IMG/VR virus record: IMGVR_UViG_2568526722_000002
Coordinates: 1-54,562 of that record
Reading direction: 5' to 3' (one strand)
Length of the DNA: 54,562 nt
From: a virus
Taxonomy: Duplodnaviria; Heunggongvirae; Uroviricota; Caudoviricetes
In this document: piece by piece, positions 28,087 through 38,311 of the stretch
Layout of the letters: every line of letters begins with the position of its first letter
Numbering within the stretch: position 1 is the first letter of the stretch
Notes under the pieces: generated by a model
Database searches by the model: none
Seen by the model: the letters and a program-made list of their open reading frames with translations, nothing else
Told to the model about the DNA's origin: nothing
Made by a program: the position numbers and the translations under genes

Positions 28087-29136
28087 TCAGACCACCGTCG
28101 CGCAGAGGGATGCGTTTACCCGGCTCGGAATAACCAGCGGGGAGGATTGCATCAGGATAAGACGCTGGGCCGGATCTTCTTTCACCCAGGATTTTGGCGC
28201 ATAGGCCAGGGGACCGTAGTTAAATGCCGGGTCCAGGATAACGCCAAAAGCGCGGGTACCCATCAGATCAGCGCCAGACATAATAACGGCGCCGTCGGGG
28301 ATCATCGGCTTCTCGACATTATCAAGTGGGTCAATAAACCAGTCGTTATATAACCAGAGGTCAAAGTTACCCCAGCGACCTTTATAAATAGCGCCCTTCA
28401 TCGCCTGTGGACCAGCATTAATCTGGTTACCAAACGGGCTCAGCGCCGGGAACGTGATGGCGTTATCTTTGATGGTGGTGTCCAGTCGGAAAGCACGCCA
28501 TGACTTGCTTGTGAACACCAGATCTGTCGCGACGGAACCGGATTCTTTCAGGAAAAGCGTCTGCCAGATTTCAATATCATCAGAGGGCTGGGTATTAGTG
28601 GCACCCGCGGCAACCGTCAACGGCCACTTATCTGAACCACTCAGAGTGATAGTCAAATCCGGAGAGCGCCCGAAATCCACCACTTTGGTTTCATAGCCTT
28701 CCCCGGCAACCGTGACGGTACCGGACACCAGCGCGCTGGCCGCCATCCATTCCAGCCGACGGTTGATCATGTCAATCTGATCAGTCATCTCAAACTGCAG
28801 GTTCAACATTTCGCGTTCTGCGGCGGTATATTCACCGCCAATACGCTCACCAATCTGGCGGCGGATAGGTTTACGCAGGTCCGGCGCCCGCTTGTCTTTG
28901 ATGTACGCCGGTTTGAACGTATTGGTCTGGTATTTACGGGACTCGACCAGCTTACCTTCCACCAGCGGGGAGACGAATGGCGCCATACGACGTAGGCCGA
29001 CATCCACGTCAATCGCTACTTCTTCGGTCTCATAAGTCACGACGTTCGGGAAGAAGCGATCAAGCAGCCAGTTCTGACTGGTTTTCAGGTTAGGAACGAC
29101 CTGCGCCAGCACACTGGTATCATAAATATTTTCCAT
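28087..29136 (-). CDS. major capsid protein (lambda gpE family)
   Basis: 349 aa; C-terminus resembles lambda E; preceded by a D-like decoration gene. Confidence 0.85.
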   Translation of the reverse strand: MENIYDTSVLAQVVPNLKTSQNWLLDRFFPNVVTYETEEVAIDVDVGLRRMAPFVSPLVEGKLVESRKYQTNTFKPAYIKDKRAPDLRKPIRRQIGERIGGEYTAAEREMLNLQFEMTDQIDMINRRLEWMAASALVSGTVTVAGEGYETKVVDFGRSPDLTITLSGSDKWPLTVAAGATNTQPSDDIEIWQTLFLKESGSVATDLVFTSKSWRAFRLDTTIKDNAITFPALSPFGNQINAGPQAMKGAIYKGRWGNFDLWLYNDWFIDPLDNVEKPMIPDGAVIMSGADLMGTRAFGVILDPAFNYGPLAYAPKSWVKEDPAQRLILMQSSPLVIPSRVNASLCATVV

Positions 29137-29234
29137 ATTCAGTCTCTTGATAATGCCAGCTAGACGCTGGCATAAATTTTAAATAGGTCAGCGCCTGCCG
29201 GTTAAAGCATTCGCCAGGATAAATGAGGGATAAA

Positions 29235-29642
29235 TCAGGAGGTGGTTAAAGGTGCCTGGGCGCTGTCTTTCAGGAAGATGGCCAGCGGACGTAGTGCTGT
29301 TTTCAGTTCCGGCGCAGTCCAGGAATCGTCAAAAATAATATGATTCTGGTTGAACTCGCCCATCAGGTACAGGCCGCCGGACTGATCGCCATGGGTGGAA
29401 GCGTCAACATCATCAACCAGAATGGCCGCTGGCGTCTCGCTACCATCCGTTGCGGTTTTCACACTGGCTGTATATTTGCCACTGGCGGTGATCATGCCAA
29501 GCACAGTGCCACGCTTATACACACCGCCGGTGATCGTGCCGGTGTCAGTGACCAGTTGCAGCGTACCGGCAATTAACTGATCCGGCACAAACACTGAACT
29601 CTTCATGCCAGGTGCAAAGGCATTCTGACCAAATTGATCCAT
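29235..29642 (-). CDS. head decoration protein (lambda gpD-like)
   Basis: 135 aa; position between scaffold-like and capsid genes. Confidence 0.7.
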   Translation of the reverse strand: MDQFGQNAFAPGMKSSVFVPDQLIAGTLQLVTDTGTITGGVYKRGTVLGMITASGKYTASVKTATDGSETPAAILVDDVDASTHGDQSGGLYLMGEFNQNHIIFDDSWTAPELKTALRPLAIFLKDSAQAPLTTS

Positions 29643-30232
29643 TATTTCTCTCCTTTAATGGAGTTGTAGAGGCCGGTCATCTGGTTTACCAGTGCCGATT
29701 TACCGTTCTCTTTCTTGCCGCCATCCGGATTCAGACGGACATCATGGCTTTCCTGCATGCGCTGATCGAGAGAGCGCCCGCGCGTTGCCTTTGGTTGCAA
29801 GGCTGGCGCCGTGGATGCCAGAACATCGATAGCGGCGGCAGAGCTCATCCCGGTATTGAATGCGAGTGAAGCGGCCAGTGACGGATTCGCCGCAGCGTGC
29901 TTACTGCCGAAGATACGGGCGCAACGTTTACGCTCGGCGGCGCGGGCATTTTTCACCGCTTTGCTTTCTTTGCGGTCATCGTCGCCGTCATCTTCGGAAT
30001 CGTCATCGTCTTCAGCCGCATCCGGGTCGTCACCGTCATCTTCAGCGTCATCATCACGATCGTCGTTTTCCGCGTCATCTTCGCGTTCATCGTCCCCGGC
30101 ATCATCTTCGCGCTCATCCTCTTCCGCGCGACGGCCTTTCGCTTTTTTGGCCTTTTTGTCCTCTTCCTCTTCGGAAGCAGTCGCGCCACGGCCAATAAGA
30201 TGAGCAAAACTAAAAGTCTTTTTCTTCGCCAT
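29642..30232 (-). CDS. putative scaffolding protein (highly acidic)
   Basis: Internal start of track ORF 29642-30316 (ATG at 30232, just after the protease stop); long D/E-rich tract. Confidence 0.4.
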   Translation of the reverse strand: MAKKKTFSFAHLIGRGATASEEEEDKKAKKAKGRRAEEDEREDDAGDDEREDDAENDDRDDDAEDDGDDPDAAEDDDDSEDDGDDDRKESKAVKNARAAERKRCARIFGSKHAAANPSLAASLAFNTGMSSAAAIDVLASTAPALQPKATRGRSLDQRMQESHDVRLNPDGGKKENGKSALVNQMTGLYNSIKGEK

Positions 30233-30233
30233 T

Positions 30234-31100
30234 TCAGGCTCCTGTTTTTTCAAGTAAGTTTCTGAACGCAGCATCAGGAGGACACACCTCATCAGCCAGT
30301 CCAAGTTCCACACCATCAGCAGCCATAAAACAGGCAGCCTGAGTACTTTTGATAACCTTTGCGCTAATCCCCCGATTTCTGGCGACGGTATTCACAAACA
30401 ATTCGCCCATGGTGTTGATGTCCTGCTGAATAGCCGCCAGCGCTTCATCTGACAGCTCTCTCAGCGGTGCCCCCTCAGCCTTACGGGAACCGTAGGTGAT
30501 GATGGTGACTTTGAGGCCGTCATCTTTTATCCGCTGGGTCCAGTCAAGGTGCATAGTGATCACACCAACTGAACCCACACCACCGGTTCGGGGAACAGAA
30601 ATCCGGTCCGCCGCACTGGCAATCGCATAGGCGGCGGAATAGGCGCTTTCCGTCAGAATGGCATGGATGGGCTTTTTCCCGCGGGCGCCATAAATGACAT
30701 CGACCAGATCGAAACATCCGGCGACCTCGCCTCCTGGCGAATCAATATCCAGGCAGATCCCTGTAATATCGGGGTCTTCCATCGCAGTCAGGAAGGCCTG
30801 GCGAATGCCGTCATAGCCTGTCATGCCACTGTATGGGCGCAGGCTACCCAGCTTCTGCACCAGGGTCCCACATATCGGAATGACAGCGACGCCCAACACA
30901 TTGTCATAACCCGGGTCGCTACGGGATTCCCGCCCCCGGTTATCATCGTATCCATACCAGTCATCATCCATGGCAAGAGAGGATTCGATTTTACTGATGC
31001 CAAACCGGTCCATAACGGATGCCATGATGACTTCAGCTTTACTTGGGTGCAGCGCCAGCGGTGTATTAAAAAGGCGCTGGGCCAGATGAGGTAGATTCAC
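30234..31100 (-). CDS. head maturation protease (S49 / ClpP-like peptidase)
   Basis: 288 aa; S49-type core; directly downstream of the portal gene. Confidence 0.8.
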   Translation of the reverse strand: MNLPHLAQRLFNTPLALHPSKAEVIMASVMDRFGISKIESSLAMDDDWYGYDDNRGRESRSDPGYDNVLGVAVIPICGTLVQKLGSLRPYSGMTGYDGIRQAFLTAMEDPDITGICLDIDSPGGEVAGCFDLVDVIYGARGKKPIHAILTESAYSAAYAIASAADRISVPRTGGVGSVGVITMHLDWTQRIKDDGLKVTIITYGSRKAEGAPLRELSDEALAAIQQDINTMGELFVNTVARNRGISAKVIKSTQAACFMAADGVELGLADEVCPPDAAFRNLLEKTGA

Positions 31101-32731
31101 TTTTCCTCCGGATCGGTAATTGTCTGGCTGGCGAACTGGTCCGCCTGCGCCCAGCTAGGTAATGGAAGTCCGCGCTTCAGGCAGGACTCAATTTCCCGCT
31201 GGCGCTGATCAAGTATCTCTTCCCAGTCCTCACCCACGTTTTCACCCACTTCAATTTCGAGAGTGGAAAGGCCCGCATCGAGGCCGAGGATGGCGCCTTT
31301 TTTCTCTGCCACCGGATCAACCCATCCTCGTCCCGGCCCCATCCAGCGCGCACGTGAATACGCTGCCCGGGCCTCAACAAAATCGGGGGCATTCGACGGA
31401 AGAGGCAAATCCTCATTATCGTGGACCTCTTCAACAAAGGCTGTCAGCACAGGCTGCGCGGTACCCATGGAAAAATCATCGCGCCGGCGGGTGAGTGTTT
31501 TCCATGCCTCGAGCAAGGAGGAGCGTGCAGAGCTGTAATTCACATCAGACCAGTCCTGTGTAACCTGCTGCGGAGATAACCCCGTGCCGGAAGAGAAATT
31601 ACGCAGAACTGCAGACTCGAAAACCTCAAAGTTGCTGTACGGACGGGCTGCATTGACCGTTGTTATTTTCTCGCCGGGGTACAGAATTGGCATGCGGGCG
31701 CCATTCTGCAGCGTTAAACGACGATCATTATGAAATTCAGCCCGGCCGTCCTGATATGCCCCTAACCCTTCCTCGAAGTTTTCCCCCAGCGCGGACTGGA
31801 TCATTTCGGGATCGTATGGAGACTCAATATACGCGGCGAAGATAGCATTCAGAATTGCTGCTTCCAGCTCGCTCTGGTCGTACTTCACCAGCATCTTCAG
31901 ACGTTGCACCACTGGAGTCAGAATGCCATTCCCCCGATGCTGAGCTCCACGCTCATGGTCAAAGTCGTGCACAACGTGCGGGCGCCCCCAGTCGGTTTCC
32001 CGCGGTATCCTCCGCCATGTCATCGTTTTGGCGCCACTCCACCAGTCACCGATATGTGCTTCACGTATGTGATAAGCCACAGGTGCGCCGTCAGCATCAA
32101 TTTCAACGCCGCCGCGAATATTGGGCATATCAAAATTCTGCTGTGGGTTGCTGAGTCTGTCGGGATCAACAACCTGCACCGTCGTGGCATAACGCCCCTT
32201 ACCTGGTCCAAGGCGATCGGTGCGATACTGGAGCACCATCAGGGCGTCGCCATCTATCAGCTTGTGGCGAAAAGCCAGGCGCAACATTTGTGGAACGGTT
32301 AGCTTGCGCTCAACGTCACAATAACGGCCTGTGTCGTATGCCCAGGTTCTCCAGTGGGAGGCGAGTGCTTTTCCGTACTCTTCCGCCCATACTGCGTCAA
32401 AACTTTTATTGCCTGTCATCATCCGTAATACACGATAGTCAGGCTTCATGATCGGACGGAAATTGGCGCCGACCGCATTATCAAGCAGGCGAGTTATGGC
32501 ACCATTGGCCCATCCATCATTTCGGACCAGATCCCGCGCACGGGAAACTATACGGTCACGGTAGATATTAATTTCGTTATCCGGTGACCATAGTGCGGGC
32601 TGCCAGTTCGCCAGTTGATCGCTGAAGGAATCCGCGGCGTCATATGGCACCCGGCTACCGCCCGTCAACATGCTGGGTTTTGGTGCCTGATAAGGTCTCC
32701 CGTCAGGACCAAGGATTTGCACTTTATTCAT
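31097..32731 (-). CDS. portal protein (lambda gpB family)
   Basis: 544 aa; position between the gpW-like and protease genes. Confidence 0.85.
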   Translation of the reverse strand: MNKVQILGPDGRPYQAPKPSMLTGGSRVPYDAADSFSDQLANWQPALWSPDNEINIYRDRIVSRARDLVRNDGWANGAITRLLDNAVGANFRPIMKPDYRVLRMMTGNKSFDAVWAEEYGKALASHWRTWAYDTGRYCDVERKLTVPQMLRLAFRHKLIDGDALMVLQYRTDRLGPGKGRYATTVQVVDPDRLSNPQQNFDMPNIRGGVEIDADGAPVAYHIREAHIGDWWSGAKTMTWRRIPRETDWGRPHVVHDFDHERGAQHRGNGILTPVVQRLKMLVKYDQSELEAAILNAIFAAYIESPYDPEMIQSALGENFEEGLGAYQDGRAEFHNDRRLTLQNGARMPILYPGEKITTVNAARPYSNFEVFESAVLRNFSSGTGLSPQQVTQDWSDVNYSSARSSLLEAWKTLTRRRDDFSMGTAQPVLTAFVEEVHDNEDLPLPSNAPDFVEARAAYSRARWMGPGRGWVDPVAEKKGAILGLDAGLSTLEIEVGENVGEDWEEILDQRQREIESCLKRGLPLPSWAQADQFASQTITDPEEK

Positions 32732-32994
32732 CAGAATCTGAACCTCACTGGCTTCCGTGGCCGGGCGACAATTCCCAGTTGCGCCTGCAGCAACTGAATC
32801 AGCGCCAGCAGGTCGGCGAGAGAGCTTTGCTGATAGGAGACAGAGCGCGTCCCATCACCCTGCGTATAGGAGAATGAGACGCCACGGCTGCCGGTAGTCA
32901 GGTCGATATAAGCCTGCTGCGCTTTCTGCAGAGCGTCTCTGAGCTGCTCATCAGTCATCCCACCAGCAAGTAAGCTCGTGTTTCGGTTAAACAT
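32731..32994 (-). CDS. head-tail joining protein gpW-like
   Basis: 87 aa between terminase large subunit and portal genes, as lambda W. Confidence 0.7.
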   Translation of the reverse strand: MFNRNTSLLAGGMTDEQLRDALQKAQQAYIDLTTGSRGVSFSYTQGDGTRSVSYQQSSLADLLALIQLLQAQLGIVARPRKPVRFRF

Positions 32995-33002
32995 GGTTTT
33001 CC

Positions 33003-35135
33003 TTATTGCGGCAGGAGTTTAGAAATGTTCTTACGCTTAACAGGAGCCATAGCCTCATCCACGATGGCACCCGGTAATTCGTAATTGATTTTTTCTTCTG
33101 GCTCGGCTGGCGCCGGCAGGAACTTATCGGGATCGGCCTGAAGGTTAGCGGCCCGAACATTGAGTTTTAATCCCATATGTTTCAGCCCACACAACGCGGC
33201 ATAGCTGTAAACGAGGCAGTCGAGTGCTTCGTTCGCCCGTCCGGGGATAGGCTCCCAGACACTGAATCGCTGTCCGGCCACCACTTTGTAAACCAGTCGC
33301 TCAGCCAGTAGCTGGTTGAAATATCCGAGGTCACGATCATCCGGGAAGTGCATATAGCCCGCACCGGCAGTACCTAAAGCTGGCGGTTCAAGATGCAGAC
33401 GACCACGGATAACATCTTTCGCAGAGTTCACGCCAAGTATAATTGGCCTGAAGCTGGCTTTACTTTTCGATGTCGGTCGCTTGGTTGGCCAGACGGGGTT
33501 GCGTTTCCCACCCTGCGCAGATTCGCCCTTGATAGCCCAGACGCGGCGCCCAAGGCGATCTTTGCAGAACTCATAAACCTTTTGCGTGTGGTGACCGCCG
33601 GAGTCCATACATGCAGCCAGAATATTCAGCCCTCGCCCGTCGCCGCGCCGCCATATCTGTTTCAGGTACGCATCGAGGCGCTTCCACGGTTCCTCAGTCT
33701 CCAGATCGCCATAAATGACGTCATGCGCAACTGACCACGATTCCTCGTCCCGTCCCCAGCCAGTGATCGTGATTTCGAATCGGTCATCCTGGGTATCGAC
33801 GCCCGCAGTTAACAATGCCACGCCATCAGGAACGACGGCCGGGAAGACTTCACGGCGCGCCAGCAGGACATCAACCGGGAGCTGTTTCCCGTGGTTAGGT
33901 CGGTGCGGCAACCCCATCTGGGTGTTCCACCAGGCCTGTTCCTTATCCGGATCCCCTTTCGCATCGAGGTATTTCTTTGCAATGTCCGACGGCTTGTCTT
34001 TCTGCCAGGGACTAAACAGCTTTGACGCCTGGTACCCGGCGTGGTGATTATCCAGCGCCTCGGCCCCACAGTCCGGGCAAATCGCCCGGTATACGGCATG
34101 CCGTTCCGACTCCGACCAGCGCCAGACAGTATCAACACTCCCCTCATCGCCTTCATGCCATTTCTGGTCGTATTCCATTAATGGAGAATGGCGGGAACCG
34201 CAGCATTCAAACGGTTTGGTCTGATGCCAGCGGATTGTCTGTAATGCCCGCAGGCGCTCACCTTCCGACCAGCCAGCGCCACAACATTCACAATGGATCA
34301 TGGCCGCTTTGGTCAGGTGCTTATCGCCTTCTTTCGGCCATTGAACATGTTTGAAGAAATCAAGGAACTGTCGATGCCCGCAGTGGGGGCAAACTACAGA
34401 GGCCCGCCGCTGATCAGAATCTTCGTAACTGTCAGCAATCCGGCTTTCGTCCTCAACAGTCGGTGAACAAGCCCGCACTGAAAGCCAGTTAAGGCCAAAT
34501 GTGGCGGTTCGTTCTTCCGCCAGAGCAATGGGATCACCTTCACGTGTAATCGGATATTTATCCACCTCATCCGCCAGCAGAACACGGATAGGACGGCGCG
34601 CAAGGTTATCTGGACTACCGGCACCGGCCAGCGCCAGAAATCCGCCCGTGAAAGCTTTATACAGAATGGTTTCTTTCGAACTCTTCTGCTTTGAGTCACC
34701 GATAATGTTACGCAAGACAGGCGTTACGCGAACCAACGGGCTGATGCGTTCTTTGGAAAACTGCTCGGCAGCCTCTTCCTTCGGCTGCAGTAGCAGAATC
34801 GGGCATGGATCGAGGTGCGCGAAATAACCAAACAGGTTTTCCAGCAGCGCGGTTTTCATTAACTGGGTACAGCACATCACGGTAATAATGTGGACGCCCG
34901 ATTCCGTCGCGGCGAGCATCGGCCCGCGGGCAATCTCAACCGTTGATGTTTCCCAGTTCCCGGAGGTGCTGCCAGCTTCTTTCGCCAGCTTCCGGTAGTC
35001 ATCGGCCCATTGCGGGACGCTGATGCGTGGCGGCGGTGTCCATCCCTTACGGACACTCAGTTGAAGACGCTCAATCTTCCGCTGGGTTAAACTCTGGTTC
35101 TCCGAGGACTGAGATATGTTTGTGGACATGTTCAA
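33003..35135 (-). CDS. terminase large subunit (lambda gpA family)
   Basis: 710 aa; lambda-type A-W-B gene order; overlaps the end of the small subunit gene. Confidence 0.9.
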   Translation of the reverse strand: MNMSTNISQSSENQSLTQRKIERLQLSVRKGWTPPPRISVPQWADDYRKLAKEAGSTSGNWETSTVEIARGPMLAATESGVHIITVMCCTQLMKTALLENLFGYFAHLDPCPILLLQPKEEAAEQFSKERISPLVRVTPVLRNIIGDSKQKSSKETILYKAFTGGFLALAGAGSPDNLARRPIRVLLADEVDKYPITREGDPIALAEERTATFGLNWLSVRACSPTVEDESRIADSYEDSDQRRASVVCPHCGHRQFLDFFKHVQWPKEGDKHLTKAAMIHCECCGAGWSEGERLRALQTIRWHQTKPFECCGSRHSPLMEYDQKWHEGDEGSVDTVWRWSESERHAVYRAICPDCGAEALDNHHAGYQASKLFSPWQKDKPSDIAKKYLDAKGDPDKEQAWWNTQMGLPHRPNHGKQLPVDVLLARREVFPAVVPDGVALLTAGVDTQDDRFEITITGWGRDEESWSVAHDVIYGDLETEEPWKRLDAYLKQIWRRGDGRGLNILAACMDSGGHHTQKVYEFCKDRLGRRVWAIKGESAQGGKRNPVWPTKRPTSKSKASFRPIILGVNSAKDVIRGRLHLEPPALGTAGAGYMHFPDDRDLGYFNQLLAERLVYKVVAGQRFSVWEPIPGRANEALDCLVYSYAALCGLKHMGLKLNVRAANLQADPDKFLPAPAEPEEKINYELPGAIVDEAMAPVKRKNISKLLPQ

Positions 35136-35634
35136 TCAGCACCTCTGTCATCCTGTCCGCCGGCACATTCAGATCGGCAGCCATCAATGGTGCCACGCGT
35201 GAAGGCCAGTTAAGCCATGCATCACGCTGCTGGCGAAAGGCGTTAAACAGAACCTCCTCGGCGATGGCCAATTCAATTGTCTGGCCGCTGTCTTTTTCAT
35301 ACTGGAGCTTTGCCTGCAGGGCCATATAATTTTCACGGATCCGCGCGGCCTCTTCCCTGGAAAGGTCAGCACCTTCTGTAAGCATTATCTGGCGAACGGT
35401 TTCATCAATTTCATCGTCGCCATCATTCCGGGGGTCTGAGGCTTTTTTCTTCTTCGCGTTTGATGCCCGCGGATCTTTTCCATCGCGGTTTTTCTTCAAC
35501 GCCGCATCGCTGGCTTCAACATCTATCAGGTCACCGTCCATAACGATAAACCGACCGGCTTTAATCCAGCGGCCAATGGTCTTGCGGTCAACGCCTGAAT
35601 GTTGTGCGTACTGACTCTGGTTCATCGTGGTCAT
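35071..35634 (-). CDS. terminase small subunit (Nu1-like, HTH DNA-binding)
   Basis: 187 aa; N-terminal HTH (SQYAQHSGVDRKTIGRWIKAG); immediately upstream of the large subunit gene and preceded by a repeat block. Confidence 0.7.
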   Translation of the reverse strand: MTTMNQSQYAQHSGVDRKTIGRWIKAGRFIVMDGDLIDVEASDAALKKNRDGKDPRASNAKKKKASDPRNDGDDEIDETVRQIMLTEGADLSREEAARIRENYMALQAKLQYEKDSGQTIELAIAEEVLFNAFRQQRDAWLNWPSRVAPLMAADLNVPADRMTEVLIEHVHKHISVLGEPEFNPAED

Positions 35635-35782
35635 GGGACATTACCTGGGACATTTTTAGGGATGGGACATTTACCTGGGACATTTTTGCAATGTCCCACA
35701 TGAATGTCCCACTGGAATAAATGGAATAATCCGTGCTGGCTCTGGCGTGGCTGGCGATCCCTTGGGGTGGGACATGGGACAC
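35635..35782. promoter_or_regulatory. cosB-like block of GGGACAT repeats (candidate terminase small-subunit binding sites)
   Basis: At least seven GGGACA(T) / ATGTCCC motifs in both orientations, including a ~26-bp tandem duplicate, directly 5' of the small terminase start. Confidence 0.5.
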
Positions 35783-35872
35783 AAAATAAAAGTTTGTAGC
35801 TAGGAAAACACTGCGGTGCGCAATGCCCGTGCCTTACAAAAGGCTCAGGAAGGACCCAAAACCCCTGGGGGG

Positions 35873-36526
35873 CTATCTGGCCGAGCTGATCGCCTCAGCA
35901 ATCGCCTGGTGCAGCGCTGAGGGTAACAATGCGTTGGCCATGGTGTTTGCCCTGTCCATATAGCCGAGCGTTGGTTTGACTGGAAGCGAGTCTCCAAACC
36001 GAATGAGCAATTTTGGTGCAGGTTGCTTAATCTTGTCTCTGCGCGTGCCGTTCGGAGAACGTTTTGCCCGTTTCTTCCCTTTTTTGGTTTTCGGCTTTTT
36101 TCTCTGCCACACGGCATTCACGCCACCAACGTCACCAATAAATACGTTTGGCTTTGCTTTGAGCTGAGAGAGCTTATTACGCGGCAGGTTGCCGTATTTA
36201 TTAAGCTTTATGTCTTTCGGGTTAAGCAAAGCACTACCATTAAGCTTGTGCTCTCCGCCGAACTCGAAGGGTTCAAGGTAACCAGCAGCAGTATCACGAA
36301 CAAACACCTTCGCACGAAGGCTGTTTTTCCTGGCACCAACTGACCCAACCGATTTAACTGTAAAAGGTGTTGGATTATCCAGATTCCGCTCAAATGCTGT
36401 TTTTTGGGCCGCTTCTATCTGGCGAACCACTTTAGTCATAGCCTGGGCAGTCGCAAACGGTATTTGCTTCTGCAGCTGTCTTAACTGACTGGAAAGGTCC
36501 TTAAGCGTTGCCATATCATTGACCAC
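35873..36526 (-). CDS. hypothetical phage protein
   Basis: 217-aa ORF between the lysis cassette and the cos region; lysine-rich central segment. Confidence 0.4.
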   Translation of the reverse strand: MVNDMATLKDLSSQLRQLQKQIPFATAQAMTKVVRQIEAAQKTAFERNLDNPTPFTVKSVGSVGARKNSLRAKVFVRDTAAGYLEPFEFGGEHKLNGSALLNPKDIKLNKYGNLPRNKLSQLKAKPNVFIGDVGGVNAVWQRKKPKTKKGKKRAKRSPNGTRRDKIKQPAPKLLIRFGDSLPVKPTLGYMDRANTMANALLPSALHQAIAEAISSAR

Positions 36527-36590
36527 CTAGTTACAGTAATTAAGATCAGTTTGCTCATAAAGTTGACAATAAAAAACCGCCCGTAGGCGG

Positions 36591-36995
36591 TTAGTCGAAC
36601 ATTTTATCAAGTTGCTTAGCTAGAGCTCGGTTAAACAGCTCCTTCGAAACTGTCATCAGCGTGCCCATACTGGCATCTTTGAATCCGGTTTTTAATGTTG
36701 CCCAAACCTCTTTGTTACGGAGAGCATCCAAGAAGTCATGCCCCATCGCGGTCAATCGCAAGGGCATTACAGCCCAGTGAGTCATTCCGTCTAAAGACTG
36801 AATAGCACCAAAGCCGGGCTCCCCATCACTCCTGATAATCAGCCCTCTATCCTCAAGCAAACGCATATGAAACACAAATGTGTCAGTTTCACAATTGAAC
36901 CCTAAATCCTTTAATCGAATAATATCGGTATCAGGTGAATCCGATGCCTCGAAAGCCTCGAGCAAACCTTTAAGGTATTCTTGATCTATTTGCAT
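36591..36995 (-). CDS. hypothetical phage protein
   Basis: 134-aa ORF downstream of Rz. Confidence 0.4.
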   Translation of the reverse strand: MQIDQEYLKGLLEAFEASDSPDTDIIRLKDLGFNCETDTFVFHMRLLEDRGLIIRSDGEPGFGAIQSLDGMTHWAVMPLRLTAMGHDFLDALRNKEVWATLKTGFKDASMGTLMTVSKELFNRALAKQLDKMFD

Positions 36996-37027
36996 AACCC
37001 CTCCGTATGTAAAAGGTTAATTTAACA

Positions 37028-37498
37028 TCAATTTAAGCACTGCTCTTTGATGTATTCCTGCAAATATCCAACCTGTTTCGTCACTGTGACGATTCGCTCT
37101 CTGAGGGTGAAATAATCCCGTTCAGCGGAGTCAGTAAGTCGGGGGCCGGTAACATCGCCCAGGCCGCCGGTGCTGGTCGTTCCGTTCGCGGGACAGTTTG
37201 CGTTGAGCTGCAGCCGCTTACGGCCAGCAATGACATCGCTATGCAGACGCTCAATGGTTTCTTTCGCATCAGCCAGTTCTCCGGTGTATTTGGCATCCAG
37301 TGCAGCGACATCACGCTGGCGGGTCTGCATGTCTTTAATGGTGGCGGTCGCCAGGAGGAGTTTCTCAGTGGCCTTATCGCGCTGGTCTCTGTAAGTGATG
37401 GCGTTGTCGCGGTAGTGGTTCACGAAGAAAGCCAGTGCGCCGATTAACGCCAGCACCAGCAACTGCAGCCAGTAACGCTTAACCAGTGCGCTAATCAT
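37028..37498 (-). CDS. Rz: i-spanin Rz
   Basis: 156 aa; N-terminal TM then coiled-coil; follows the endolysin gene; contains an embedded Rz1 frame. Confidence 0.75.
   Translation of the reverse strand: MISALVKRYWLQLLVLALIGALAFFVNHYRDNAITYRDQRDKATEKLLLATATIKDMQTRQRDVAALDAKYTGELADAKETIERLHSDVIAGRKRLQLNANCPANGTTSTGGLGDVTGPRLTDSAERDYFTLRERIVTVTKQVGYLQEYIKEQCLN
37081..37269 (-). CDS. Rz1: o-spanin Rz1 (lipoprotein) embedded in Rz
   Basis: +1-frame ORF inside Rz; lipobox LLAVSGC; proline-rich mature part. Confidence 0.65.
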   Translation of the reverse strand: MRKKPLSVCIAMSLLAVSGCSSTQTVPRTERPAPAAWAMLPAPDLLTPLNGIISPSESESSQ

Positions 37499-37935
37499 GA
37501 CAGGAACAGAGCTCGCTCTGCCTCCCGCCGACGTGTCAGCCCATTCAGCACCTTCCCACCAGCTTTATTCCAGCGCAGGAACTCATCGGCTGCACCAGCG
37601 TAATCTCCGGCGTTGAGTTTTCGCAGGAGAGTCGATGTCGACAATGACCGCGCACCGAGGTTATACGTGAACGACACCAGGGCATCGAATTGCCCCTGAG
37701 TCAGGCCAACTTTAACCAGTCGTGACACGTCACTTTCGTAACTGACCATTCCTGTCTTCAGCAGGCGTTCTGCCGTTTCCTGCTTAATTGTCATCCCGGC
37801 ACGGATTGGTTTCCCGTCGACGGGCTGAGTCCAGCCATAACCGATCGTCCAAACGCCGACGCTGTCCTGATAGGCAGTGAGCTTGCAACCTTCGAACTCT
37901 TTGATCAGGGCAATGCCTTTATCACTGGTTTGCAT
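37495..37935 (-). CDS. endolysin (phage lysozyme)
   Basis: 146 aa; [27 protein letters not shown] lysozyme signature. Confidence 0.85.
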   Translation of the reverse strand: MQTSDKGIALIKEFEGCKLTAYQDSVGVWTIGYGWTQPVDGKPIRAGMTIKQETAERLLKTGMVSYESDVSRLVKVGLTQGQFDALVSFTYNLGARSLSTSTLLRKLNAGDYAGAADEFLRWNKAGGKVLNGLTRRREAERALFLS

Positions 37936-38239
37936 TCTTCATCCCCGTCAAGCGTTCCCAGAAATAGGTCAGAGCCACTGAACCCATCGCCCCGCTAATG
38001 CCGGACGTGACAAGGATCATGTGAAAACTCAACCCACTCTCCACGCTTATCAACCCGCCAATCAAACCGGTAAAGCCGGAGACAGCGATCTGTGCCAGCG
38101 CGTTTATCCAGCTCCATGTCGCTTTATTCTGCTTTACGTCGATCAGGTAGCGAACTAAACCGCCCCAGCATGCAATGCCGAGCAGGACTAACCAGGACAG
38201 GCCTACAATTTTGTGGTCGTCATTCATACGCTTTGCCAT
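37922..38239 (-). CDS. holin
   Basis: Internal start of track ORF 37922-38431 (ATG at 38239 with GGAGGTG Shine-Dalgarno); ~105 aa with multiple TM segments; first gene of the lysis cassette. Confidence 0.7.
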   Translation of the reverse strand: MAKRMNDDHKIVGLSWLVLLGIACWGGLVRYLIDVKQNKATWSWINALAQIAVSGFTGLIGGLISVESGLSFHMILVTSGISGAMGSVALTYFWERLTGMKNANQ

Positions 38240-38311
38240 ATCACCTCCGAAGGAACGGGGTGCTGTTTGTGTAGAGTGGAAGGATGCCAGGAAACAACGA
38301 CCGGACATCGC

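Noticed and set aside
29811-30265. Four overlapping plus-strand ORFs (29811-30203, 29860-30198, 29897-30265, 29953-30207)
   Set aside because: They lie antisense to or frame-shifted within the acidic scaffold-like gene; their low-complexity Ser/Arg/His-rich translations are what a GA-rich repeat gives in other frames.
35635-35782. Possible CRISPR array suggested by closely spaced short repeats
   Set aside because: Repeats are only 7-8 bp, occur in both orientations with irregular spacing, have no unique spacers, and sit directly upstream of the small terminase gene; a cosB-type protein-binding array is a better fit.
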